From NCBI GenBank assembly GCA_049520675.1, contig JBEKPO010000002.1, positions 23,116 to 87,115 on the forward strand: a stretch of DNA of 64,000 bases, read 5' to 3'. A model generated the notes under the pieces. That model did not search any database. It was not told the DNA's origin and saw only the letters and a program-made list of their open reading frames with translations. Both the position numbers and the translations under genes were made by a program. The DNA is from Terracidiphilus sp. (GTDB lineage: Bacteria; Acidobacteriota; Terriglobia; Terriglobales; Acidobacteriaceae). Of the stretch, positions 45,958 through 56,000 are shown piece by piece. How positions within the stretch are numbered: the stretch's first letter is position 1; every line of letters begins with the position of its first letter.

Positions 45958-48228
45958 GTGAGCACACCTGCGACAACCCGCGTTGTTGGCGCACCTGTAC
46001 CCCGCAAAGAAGGCGTGGACAAGCTGCTGGGCCGCGCATGTTATGTCGACGACATTGAGCGCGAGGGTATGTGGTACGGCGCAACCGTGCGCAGCACCAT
46101 TCCTCGCGGCATCATCCGCTCCATCGCCTTCGATCGCAGCGTGGATTGGAGCGAGTTCACCGTCGTTACCGCGGCCGATGTTCCCGGCGAGAATCATATC
46201 CACCTGATCACTGCCGACCAGCCCTGCCTCGCCGACGGCAAAGTGAACCATCGCGAAGAGCCGATCGTGCTGATCGCGCATCCGGATCGCAACAAGGTGC
46301 GCGAGGCAGTGGGCGCCGTGCAGATCGAGTACGATCCTTTGCCGGCCATCTTCACCATTGAGGAAAGCGAGCGCCAGGACCCCATCGTCTGGGGCGCCGA
46401 CAACCTGATCAAGAGCTTCCTGTTAGAAAAGGGCGACGTGGATTCGGTGTGGGCGCAGGCGGCGCACATCGTCGAGCGCGAGTATCGCACCGGCGCGCAA
46501 GAGCATCTTTACATAGAGAACAACGGCATGATTGCTGAGTACAGCGCTCAGACCGGCGTGACGGTTTGGGGCTCGTTGCAGTGCCCGTACTACGTGTTCA
46601 AGTCGCTGCGCAGCGTCTTTGACCTGCCCGAAGGCAAAGTGCGCGTGATTCAGACCGAGACCGGCGGCGCCTTTGGCGGCAAGGAAGACTACCCGTCGAA
46701 TCTCGCCTGCCACGCTGGGCTGCTGTCCATGAAGAGCGGCCATCCTGTGAAGATGGTCTATGACCGGATGGAGGATCTTGTGGCGACGACCAAGCGGCAC
46801 CCTTCCCGCGTGCGCCATCGCACCGCACTCGATGGTAACGGCAAACTGCTGGCGATCGATATTGACCTCGCCACAAACGGTGGCGCATACGCCACGCTCT
46901 CATCCACAGTGCTATCGCGGGCCACGCTGCATTCCACTGGGCCGTATCTCTGCCCCAACGTGCGCGTCCACTCGCGCGCCTGGGCCACGAATATGGTTCC
47001 GTTTGGTGCTTTCCGGGGCTTCGGTGCGCCGCAAACGATCTTTGCCATGGAGCGGCACATCGATGAGATTGCCGCGGCCATCGGCATGGATCCGATAGAA
47101 CTGCGACGCCGGAATTTCCTGCACGACGGAGACACCACGGCCACCGAACAGGTGATGCGCGAACCAATGATCATGGATCGCCTGCTCGACCGCGCTCTCG
47201 AAGAGAGCGATTACTACGCGAAGCGCAAGCGGTTCGCCGAGGAAAATCACGCCCGCGCCGTCAAACGCGGCCTGGGAGTTGCGACTTTCTATCACGGCTC
47301 GGGATTCACGGGCTCCGGCGAGGTAGTTTTGAACTCGCTGGCCGGCGTGGACGTAACGCCCGAGGGCAACGTGCGCGTGCTGGTATCGAATACCGAATTC
47401 GGCCAGGGAACCAACACCATTCTCACCCAGGTTGCGGCAGAGGCGCTGGGCATCGACTACGCTCGAGTCACGATGGCGCCTCCCGATACAGATGAGGTAC
47501 CAAACAGCGGGCCCACGGTCGCATCGCGCACTTCGATGGTGGTCGGCCGGCTGGTCGAACGTGCCAGCCTGCAGCTCATTGCGCTTCTGCGTGAGCACGC
47601 AGGGCTGGGGGCGAACTATACGACGGAGGAATTCCTTGCGGCGTGCGAGCGCTACCGTGCCGCGAAGGGCGCCGTGTTATCGACGTGCCGGTACGAAGCG
47701 CCGCCGGGCATCTACTGGGACGACAAGAAGTATCGCGGCGAGGCGTATCCGGCCTACGCATGGGCGGTATACGTCGCGCAGGTGGCCGTCGACACCGTCA
47801 CCTATTCTGCAGAGGTGGAGGAGTTCTGGGCGGTGCAGGAGGTGGGTCGCGTGCTGCATCCGGTGCTGGCGGCCGGACAGATTGAGGGCGGCATCGCGCA
47901 GGGCATCGGCTACGCAGTGTACGAAAAGGTCGTCTGGCAGGATGGCTCGATGGCCAACAACCAGATGACCAACTACATCATGCCAACAGCCGAAGACATT
48001 CCGCCGATCCACGTGTACTTTGAGCAGATCCCCTTCCGCCACGGGGCATACGGAGCCAAGGGGATTGGCGAACTGCCGCACGATGGGCCGGCGCCAGCGA
48101 TATTGAATGCAATTCGCGATGCCACGGGACTTGCCTTCAATTCGATCCCGCTGTTGCCCGAGGATCTGTTTGCCGGGTTGGCCCCTGGCCAATCGGCCCA
48201 ATCGCTCCAGGAGTCAGTCACGTTATGA
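45958..48228 (+). CDS. Xanthine dehydrogenase molybdopterin-binding subunit
   Basis: QEHLYIE, GGAFGGKE, AFRGFGAPQ, GQIEGG, AKGIGE. Confidence 0.92.
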   Translation: MSTPATTRVVGAPVPRKEGVDKLLGRACYVDDIEREGMWYGATVRSTIPRGIIRSIAFDRSVDWSEFTVVTAADVPGENHIHLITADQPCLADGKVNHREEPIVLIAHPDRNKVREAVGAVQIEYDPLPAIFTIEESERQDPIVWGADNLIKSFLLEKGDVDSVWAQAAHIVEREYRTGAQEHLYIENNGMIAEYSAQTGVTVWGSLQCPYYVFKSLRSVFDLPEGKVRVIQTETGGAFGGKEDYPSNLACHAGLLSMKSGHPVKMVYDRMEDLVATTKRHPSRVRHRTALDGNGKLLAIDIDLATNGGAYATLSSTVLSRATLHSTGPYLCPNVRVHSRAWATNMVPFGAFRGFGAPQTIFAMERHIDEIAAAIGMDPIELRRRNFLHDGDTTATEQVMREPMIMDRLLDRALEESDYYAKRKRFAEENHARAVKRGLGVATFYHGSGFTGSGEVVLNSLAGVDVTPEGNVRVLVSNTEFGQGTNTILTQVAAEALGIDYARVTMAPPDTDEVPNSGPTVASRTSMVVGRLVERASLQLIALLREHAGLGANYTTEEFLAACERYRAAKGAVLSTCRYEAPPGIYWDDKKYRGEAYPAYAWAVYVAQVAVDTVTYSAEVEEFWAVQEVGRVLHPVLAAGQIEGGIAQGIGYAVYEKVVWQDGSMANNQMTNYIMPTAEDIPPIHVYFEQIPFRHGAYGAKGIGELPHDGPAPAILNAIRDATGLAFNSIPLLPEDLFAGLAPGQSAQSLQESVTL

Positions 48229-48737
48229 GCGTGCTCTGGCCTGCGATCCGATTCGCGGTGAATGGTGAAATCCGCGAAGTGTATGCGCCGCCCATGAAGC
48301 GGCTGCTGGATGTGCTGCGCGAGGACCTGCACCTGACAGGAACCAAGGAAGGATGCGGCGAAGGCGAGTGCGGATCGTGTTCGGTGCGCATGAACGGCGA
48401 ACTGGTGAATAGCTGCCTGATCCCGGTGTTGCAAGCCGAAGGCGCGAAGATTCAGACTGTCGAAGGCCTGGCGATGAACGGCAAGCTGCATCCGATGCAG
48501 GAAGCATTCCTGCAATGCGGCGGCGCACAATGTGGCATCTGCACGCCCGGGATGCTGATGGCCGCCGCGCAGTTGCTCGCTACCAATCCACATCCCAACC
48601 TGGCGGAGATTCGCGAGGGACTGGCGGGAAATCTCTGCCGTTGCACCGGGTTCATGCGGATCTTCGAATCCGTTGTCATTGCCGCCGCCGACGATTCCGC
48701 GGCCATTGCTCCCGAAGAGGCGCGTCATGCGCGGTAA
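48225..48737 (+). CDS. Xanthine dehydrogenase 2Fe-2S subunit
   Basis: GCGEGECGSC, QCGICTPG, NLCRCTG. Confidence 0.93.
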   Translation: MSVLWPAIRFAVNGEIREVYAPPMKRLLDVLREDLHLTGTKEGCGEGECGSCSVRMNGELVNSCLIPVLQAEGAKIQTVEGLAMNGKLHPMQEAFLQCGGAQCGICTPGMLMAAAQLLATNPHPNLAEIREGLAGNLCRCTGFMRIFESVVIAAADDSAAIAPEEARHAR

Positions 48738-49605
48738 TGCGGAGGTCCATGATCTGATCGCGCCGGGGAGCATGGCTTCGGTGCTGGAGCTGCTCGCCGC
48801 TGAGCCGGGTAAATGGACGCCCATTGCCGGCGGCACAGAGTTGATGGTCGCATTTTCTGCCGGCCGTCTCAATGCGCCGCGGCTTGTGAGCCTGTGGGGC
48901 ATTCGCGACTTGCGTTTTATCGAAACGCGCGGCGACGCCATTGCCATTGGCGCTGCAACGACGTTTCTCGATCTGCGCAGAGATTCGGCGATCGCTTCTG
49001 ACTTCCCATTGCTCACGCGTGCAGCGAGCTGGATCGGCTCCATCGCCAATCAGAGTCGCGCAACACTGGGAGGGAATTTAGTCAATGGCTCGCCGGCAGC
49101 CGATTCATCCCCGGCGCTCCTCGCCTACGATGCAGAAGTAGAGACGATATCGGTGCGCGGCCGGCGGCGTATCCCTTACTCGGAGTTTCATACCGGATAC
49201 AAGCGGAACGTGCTTGCTCCGGACGAGTTGCTCTATGCAATACACTTACCGCTGCGTTTCGCCGGCCACAAACAATACCTGCGCAAAGTGGGCACGCGCC
49301 GTGCTATGGCGATTGCCAAAGTAGCACTGGGCGCAACCGCAATCTTTGAAAAAGGTGTGATCCGGGAGATTCGCCTAGGAGCGGCGAGCCTGGCGCCTTA
49401 TCCGATGCGGCTCAATCAAACCGAAAAAGCTTTGCTCGGCCAGAAGCCATCGCCCGAAACTGCGCACGCTGCGCGCCACGCGCTGTTCGCCGAGGTCAAA
49501 CCAATCGATGACATCCGCTCTACAGCCGAGTACCGGCGCCGCGTGGCCGCAAATCTCCTGGACGAGTTCTTGCTTGAGCTGCAGCGTGAGGGGTCGGGCG
49601 CGTGA
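48727..49605 (+). CDS. Xanthine dehydrogenase FAD-binding subunit
   Basis: AGGTELMV, ATLGGNLVNGSPAAD, PIDDIRSTAEYR. Confidence 0.92.
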   Translation: MRGNAEVHDLIAPGSMASVLELLAAEPGKWTPIAGGTELMVAFSAGRLNAPRLVSLWGIRDLRFIETRGDAIAIGAATTFLDLRRDSAIASDFPLLTRAASWIGSIANQSRATLGGNLVNGSPAADSSPALLAYDAEVETISVRGRRRIPYSEFHTGYKRNVLAPDELLYAIHLPLRFAGHKQYLRKVGTRRAMAIAKVALGATAIFEKGVIREIRLGAASLAPYPMRLNQTEKALLGQKPSPETAHAARHALFAEVKPIDDIRSTAEYRRRVAANLLDEFLLELQREGSGA

Positions 49606-50111
49606 ACTCTGTATTGGCGGCATGGAACAAGGCGGATGAAGCTACGGCTCGCCAAGCCATGCTCGCTTGCTCCGGCGCAAAACGCTGGGCCGCAGGAATG
49701 ATCACTTCGCGACCGATTGCCAATGTGACGGAGCTCAGCGAGATGGCGGACCGCGTGTGGAGCACCATGCAGGAGCCGGATTGGCTTGAGGCCTTCGCCT
49801 GCCATCCCCGCATCGGCGCGCGCGAGCCCTCAGATTCAGGAGGACAATCGGCAGCGTGGTCGAAACAGGAGCAATCACAAGCCAGCACAGCCAGGGAAAG
49901 CATTCTGACAGAATTGGCCGAAGGCAATAGGATTTACGAAGAGCGATTCGGCTTTACGTATATCGTGTGCGCTACCGGCAAAACCGCGGAGCAGATGCTG
50001 TCGATTCTCAAGCGGCGGCTCAGTTCAAGCCGCGAGGCGGAGCTGCGTGAGGCTGCGGAACAACAGAGGCAAATCATGCAAATTCGATTGGGAAAGTGGT
50101 TGGTGGAATGA
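49602..50111 (+). CDS. uraD: OHCU decarboxylase
   Basis: HPRIG, SKQEQ, YEERFGFTYIVCA. Confidence 0.92.
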   Translation: MNSVLAAWNKADEATARQAMLACSGAKRWAAGMITSRPIANVTELSEMADRVWSTMQEPDWLEAFACHPRIGAREPSDSGGQSAAWSKQEQSQASTARESILTELAEGNRIYEERFGFTYIVCATGKTAEQMLSILKRRLSSSREAELREAAEQQRQIMQIRLGKWLVE

Positions 50112-50521
50112 GCACAATTTCGACACACGTGCTGGATACGGTTCTCGGCAAACCGGCTGCCGGCATTGGCGTACGGCTTGAAAAGCAGGAGAGTGGAGGT
50201 TGGGGCGAGGGCTGGATTGAAGTGACTCACCTTGAGGGAGAAAGCGCTCCATCGACAGAGCGTGCGCGCGATCTATCGGGGCCGTGGAGCGAGGTTTCGC
50301 GCAGCGCGACCGACGCCGATGGCCGCTGCAGCGACTTGGCGCAGGATTTGCCCGCCGGTGTTTACCGCCTCGTCTTCGATACCGGCTCTTACCTCAACAG
50401 CATGCACCGCACGAGCATCTATCCCGAAATCGCAATCACCTTTTCCTGCGCCGGCGAGGGGCCTTATCACTTGCCGCTCCTGCTCAGCGACAACGGCTAC
50501 ACAACCTATCGGGGAAGCTAG
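50108..50521 (+). CDS. uraH: 5-hydroxyisourate hydrolase
   Basis: STHVLD, TDADGR, YHLPLLLS, C-terminal YRGS. Confidence 0.93.
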   Translation: MSTISTHVLDTVLGKPAAGIGVRLEKQESGGWGEGWIEVTHLEGESAPSTERARDLSGPWSEVSRSATDADGRCSDLAQDLPAGVYRLVFDTGSYLNSMHRTSIYPEIAITFSCAGEGPYHLPLLLSDNGYTTYRGS

Positions 50522-50524
50522 ACC

Positions 50525-51367
50525 ATGGCCAAACTGGGTGCAAATCGCTACGGAAAATCGCGTGTGAGGATTTCGCGCATTACGCGACTGGACGATCGCC
50601 ACGAGTTCAATGAGTGGGCCGTGCACGTGATGCTGTATGGAGACTTCGAAGGCAGCTTCACCCAAGCCGACAACAGCAAAGTACTGCCCACCGACACGAT
50701 GAAGAACACCGTGTACTACGTAGCGCGAGGCTCCAAGGCCGCAACCATCGAAGCTTTCGCCATGGAATTAGGCGACTATTTTCTCGACAACAATCAACAG
50801 GTATCGAAGGCCAGCATCCTGGTCGAGGAAAAAGCGTGGGAGCACATGATTGTCGATGGAACGCCCGAGGCGACGACGTTCAGGATGGGCGGGCCGGAGG
50901 TAAACACGGTTCTTGCCGTGCGAGCGAAGGGTGGGCCGTGGGAAATAACCTCAGGCGTGGATGCGCTGACCATCCTGAAAACAACCAAATCGGCTTTCAC
51001 CGGTTACATCCAGGACAAGCTGACCACACTCAAGCCGGCGACCGACCGCATCTTCGGCACGAGCGCGACGGTTGAATGGGATTTTCTTTCCGGATCTCCG
51101 GACTACGCGCAGGTCCGAGCGCGCATTCTCGCCGCGCTGCTGAAAACATTTGCCCGGCACAACAGCTTGAGCGTGCAGCACACTCTCTACGACATGGGCA
51201 AGGCGGCGCTTGATGCGGCGCCGGAGATCGCGCGCATCCATCTTTCCCTGCCCAACCTGCATCATCTTCTGGCCAATCTCACTCCGTTCGGCCAGGACAA
51301 TCCCAACCACATCTTCGTACCCATCGACGAGCCGCATGGTACCATCGAGGCCACAATCGAACGATAA
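50525..51367 (+). CDS. pucL: Urate oxidase (uricase)
   Basis: YGKSRV, PTDTMKNTV, LKTTKSAF, SVQHTLY, PNLH, PHGTI. Confidence 0.93.
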   Translation: MAKLGANRYGKSRVRISRITRLDDRHEFNEWAVHVMLYGDFEGSFTQADNSKVLPTDTMKNTVYYVARGSKAATIEAFAMELGDYFLDNNQQVSKASILVEEKAWEHMIVDGTPEATTFRMGGPEVNTVLAVRAKGGPWEITSGVDALTILKTTKSAFTGYIQDKLTTLKPATDRIFGTSATVEWDFLSGSPDYAQVRARILAALLKTFARHNSLSVQHTLYDMGKAALDAAPEIARIHLSLPNLHHLLANLTPFGQDNPNHIFVPIDEPHGTIEATIER

Positions 51368-51379
51368 CTCCGAAATCAA

Positions 51380-52798
51380 GTGGCAAGCAGGCATTCATTG
51401 AGCGGAGCAACCGGCACATCGGGCAAAGTGTATCCGGCCGCGGAGAACGGTTCGAGCTATGGATTGCGGGCGGGCGCGCTTGGGCCTCTTGAGACACTGG
51501 CCCAGTCGGTTTCGGCCACCGCGCCCAGCACGTCGGCGTCTCTCACCATTCCGCTGGTCTGTGCCCTGGCCGGAAATGCCACCTGGTTTGTCTACCTGCT
51601 CGCCACCGTCTCCATGCTGCTGGTCGGCTTCTGCGTCAGCCGGTTCGCGCGGCTCTCCGCGTCCCCCGGTTCGCTCTACAGCTACACCGCCGATACCCTG
51701 CCGCCAATCTTCGGCGCGGCAGCCGCGTGGGGGCTGTTGCTCGCTTATCTGGCAACCGGCGCCTCTGTCGCCGGCGGTGCACTCTACTACGCAACAGTGC
51801 TTCTGCAGCAGTTTTTCCATTGGTCGCCGCCGGGTGTTCCCACCCTCGCGATCGTGTGCGCGATCGCGGGATACATTGCCTATCGCGACGTCAAACTCTC
51901 TGCCGAAGTAATGCTGTGGATCGAGGCTGTTTCGGTCGGCCTCATCCTGATCGTTCTGGCGTTGCTGGCGTTTCACCTGGGCCTGCAATTCGACACCAGG
52001 CAGTTCCGGCTGCAGGGCACTTCCTTTTCTTCGCTCGGCACGGCGCTGGTCCTGTCCATTTTCAGCTTTGTGGGATTCGAAAGCGCGACCACGCTGGGCG
52101 GCGAGGCGCGTGACCCTCTGCGCACCATCCCACGCGCCGTCATCCAATGCGCGCTTCTCTCCGGCGTGTTCTTCATGCTTTGCGCGTACTCTGAAGTGCT
52201 CGGCTTCCGCGGCGAGTCAACCGCGCTGAGCGAAACCACCAGCCCCCTGCACCTGCTCGCGCGCAAGGCGGGTGTTTCGCCGCTCGGGGTCGGCATCGAC
52301 TTCGGCGCCTTTGTCAGCATGTTTGCCTGCGTGCTGGCCTGTGCCACCGCGGCGGCCCGGGTCCTGATGCGGATGGCCAAGGATCGCTTGATGCCCGCCG
52401 GTCTCGAGCGCACTAGCCGGCGTCACGGCACTCCCGGCGCTGGAATCATCCTCTCCACAGCCCTGATGTTTGCCGTTGTGTCGATCATGACCCAGGAAGG
52501 CGTAACCGGTTACTCCATTTACGACCTGCTCGGGTCAATGGCTGTCCTAGGTTTTCTCACTGCGTACGCGCTGGTGGCGTTGTCGCTTCCCTTCGCGCGC
52601 AGAGCGCTCGGTCAACACTCCTACGCGGTTGTTGCAATCAGCCTGCTGACCATCGTGGTCATCCTACTGATCGGCCTTTACGATCTTCGCTCCGCGCCCG
52701 ATGCCATCCACGGACGAATTCCCTATCTTTATCTCGCCTACATCGCAGCCGGGCTGGCGTGGTTTTGGGTCAGGCATCGCAAAGCCGCAACCCCCTGA
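51380..52798 (+). CDS. APC family permease
   Basis: About 12 TMs; GSLYSY, FVGFESA, EARDP. Confidence 0.85.
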   Translation: MASRHSLSGATGTSGKVYPAAENGSSYGLRAGALGPLETLAQSVSATAPSTSASLTIPLVCALAGNATWFVYLLATVSMLLVGFCVSRFARLSASPGSLYSYTADTLPPIFGAAAAWGLLLAYLATGASVAGGALYYATVLLQQFFHWSPPGVPTLAIVCAIAGYIAYRDVKLSAEVMLWIEAVSVGLILIVLALLAFHLGLQFDTRQFRLQGTSFSSLGTALVLSIFSFVGFESATTLGGEARDPLRTIPRAVIQCALLSGVFFMLCAYSEVLGFRGESTALSETTSPLHLLARKAGVSPLGVGIDFGAFVSMFACVLACATAAARVLMRMAKDRLMPAGLERTSRRHGTPGAGIILSTALMFAVVSIMTQEGVTGYSIYDLLGSMAVLGFLTAYALVALSLPFARRALGQHSYAVVAISLLTIVVILLIGLYDLRSAPDAIHGRIPYLYLAYIAAGLAWFWVRHRKAATP

Positions 52799-53055
52799 TC
52801 CGGTGTGGAAAACAAGGAAAACCGGGTACCGAAATCCATAAATTCCTTAGATGGATTTTATGTTACGGCAATTAATATTACGGGTTACCCGTGTAAATGT
52901 CCGGGACCGGCCGCCAATCGGGGTTGGTCTTTCTAAATACTTCTGCAGTGTTTGGGCTTCCAATAGCCCAGAACGCAGGCATTCTCTAACCTCTAAATCA
53001 CTTTTTTGATCCCCGAATCCTCACTGGGGAAATCTCAATTTCGAGGCTACCTCCT

Positions 53056-56000
53056 TTGAAGAATTCAGCATGCGTGTTTCCTTTCCCGCTTTCCCGGCTG
53101 CTGGCCCTCGTGTCGGCCGCTGTGCTGTGTTGCTCCTATGCCATCGCGCAACAGACGCTCGGCGGCATCACTGGCGAGGTTACTGACGCCTCAGGCGGCG
53201 TAATCCCCAATGTGACGGTCTCGCTGATCGACGAACAGACATCGCTGACGCGGACGACAAAAACCAGCACCGCGGGCAGCTACACCTTTGTCGATCTCCC
53301 CATCGGCGCCTACACGCTCACCTTTTCGGCGCAGGGGTATGAAGCGCAGAAGACGCCGCACATCACGGTGCAGGCAGATCGCACTGCCACGGTGAATGCC
53401 GCGCTTAAAGTGGGCCAGACCACCACAACCGTCGAGGTGGACGCCGCCCCGCTGATGAACGCCGTGGACACGACCAACGGCTACGTGATGGAGAAGCAGG
53501 AGATTGACTCAGTGCCCCTGCCGACAGGAAGCTTCACCGGCCTGGCCATCCTCTCGCCGGGTGTGAATGCTGAGCTGCCCGGAGGTACGGGATCGAACTC
53601 GGGCCTCGGCAACGCCCCCATCTGGGCAAACGGCCAACGCGACACTTCAAATGCTCTCCTGCTCAACGGCGTTGATGGGAGCAATCTCTTCAACGGCAAG
53701 ACCACCAGCCAGGTAGACTCGTTCCGCGTGGTGAACAACACCGGACAGGCTAACAATGCTGCGGGCGGGGTAATTCCCAGCGCCGCTTCTGTGTACCTGG
53801 CAATTGGCAACGCCATTCCCACTCCCGCGCCGGAAACGATTGCCGAGGTGCGCGTAAACGCCTCGATGTACGACGCTCAGCAGGGTTCTGACAGTGGGGC
53901 GCACATCGACATGAGCACCAAGTCCGGCACCAATCAGCTGCACGGTGAAGCCTGGGTGCACCGCGGAACGAACTGGATCAATGCCGCTCCCTTCTTCTTC
54001 AAGAAGGACGACAACATTCCTGCCAACGACAAGAACCCAGACCTGCACCGGTTCATCGCCGGCGGAGAGCTCGGCGGTCCGATCATCAAAGACAAGATCT
54101 TCGGATTTATCAGTTATCAGCACTTGCATATCGCCGACCAGGAGACAGGTGACGAGTTACTCGACGTGCCCCCGGGACTGAACTCTGGCCCCATTGGCTC
54201 CGGCACAGGGCGCGGCGCGTCGAATATCATCTCGGCCGCGGAGAATAACTGGACATCGAACATCGGTTACGAGCAATACCTCGGGTTCGATCCCACCTAC
54301 GGAGGCACATTCAATAACTTCGGCGCTGCGGGAAACCCCGTCGCCTATGCGTTGCTCACGGCGCCTGCTCTGCCCGGTGAGCCGGGAAACTATCTGGTGC
54401 CGAGCGCTCTGCCCAATGCCAATCCCAATGTCTATTCTCCCTACAACGCGTTCCTGCCCGGAACCTCGCGATTTACCTCCGATCAGGCGGTCGCCGATCT
54501 CGACTGGAACGTTGGCGCCAAAGATATTCTGGCCGCCAAATACTACTACCAGCACGATCCTTCCAGTTCGCCTTACGCTTACTCGAATGTTCCCGGATTT
54601 ACGGGGCATATGGATACCGGCTCTCAGGTTGGTTCGTTGAACAACGTCCAGACCATAGGCTCGAGCCTCAGCATCTCTGAGACCGTCGGCGTGCTTCGCG
54701 AGAAGGTTTACGCCACCAACGATCAGCCCTGGGCCCCAGGCGAGGCAGGAACGCCGGCTTCGGGCATCACCTCCGCTTTCGGCGGCTACTTTCCCGGCTA
54801 CACCATCAACGACGCACTGGGCGACCAGTTCGACTCGCCAACCGGCCCACTCTATGGCCTGGTCGATCCCTCGCTTTCCATTGGGCCAGACGCCGAGTAC
54901 CAGGCGGAGAACACGGGAATGTTTCAGAACCGCATCATGCCGTCCGGCTCCGCGATCTGGGCCAAAGGCCGTCACTCGGTGGCCTTCGGCGGAAGCTGGT
55001 CGTACACACAACTCGATCTGCGCGACCGCCGCACGGGTACGGGCAGCGTCGACTCACCCGATTTTGTCTCGTTTCTTGATAACTGGGTGACACCGTATAC
55101 GACAGAGCTCTTCACAGCTTCGACGTACCTGCAAGGCAACGCCAATCGCTATCTCCGCTCCAACGAGACCGGCTTGTACATCCAGGACAAGTTCCAGGTA
55201 GTGCCAAATTTGAGCATCACTGCGGGAGTGCGCTACGACTGGAATGGCGGCCTGTGGGAGAAGCACGGCAACCTGTTCAATTTCGATCCCTCGCTCTACT
55301 GCTATTCGGTTGCGTCCGATTCCTTCACTCCGGCCAGCGGCGCCTCTTCCAACTCAACAGATTGCACCGGCTTCATCATTGCCGGCAACAACAGGAACGG
55401 AACGCAGGGCGTAAGCAAAACCACTCTGACCGGCCGCCAGTGGGGCATTGCACCGCGGCTTGGGCTGGCATGGCAGCCGTCGATGTTTCACTCCAAGCTG
55501 GTGGTCCGTTCAGGAGGCGGCTTTTACTATGACCGCGGCGAACTCTTCACCTACCTCTCGCCCGGCTACGCCGCCGGCGAGATCGAAGGCGGCCCCTACG
55601 GGATTGTGCAGACACCTCCGTTCGTAACCCAGCAGCACTGCCCATACTCCTCGTCATACAACGCAGCCGACCCGACGTATCTTTATCTCGCTTACATCCC
55701 GATCTGCAGTGGAGACTACTTCACTCCTCCTTCAGCTGGCGCGGAATACACGCTTGCAACCCCGTGGGGTACGACCTTAGGGGCCGGCCCAGCCAACCCC
55801 AAAGCCTCCGACATCGCGAATTATCTGCCCGATGCCGCAGAGATTATCGATGGCACCGTTTCCGGTTCCAATGCGCAACAGCCATTTATTCTCGGCGTCT
55901 ACAATCGCGGGAACAAATTGCCTTACAGCATCAACTTCACGCTCAATATCCAATACCAACCGCGCAACGACCTGATGTTCGAGATCGGATATGTGGGGAA

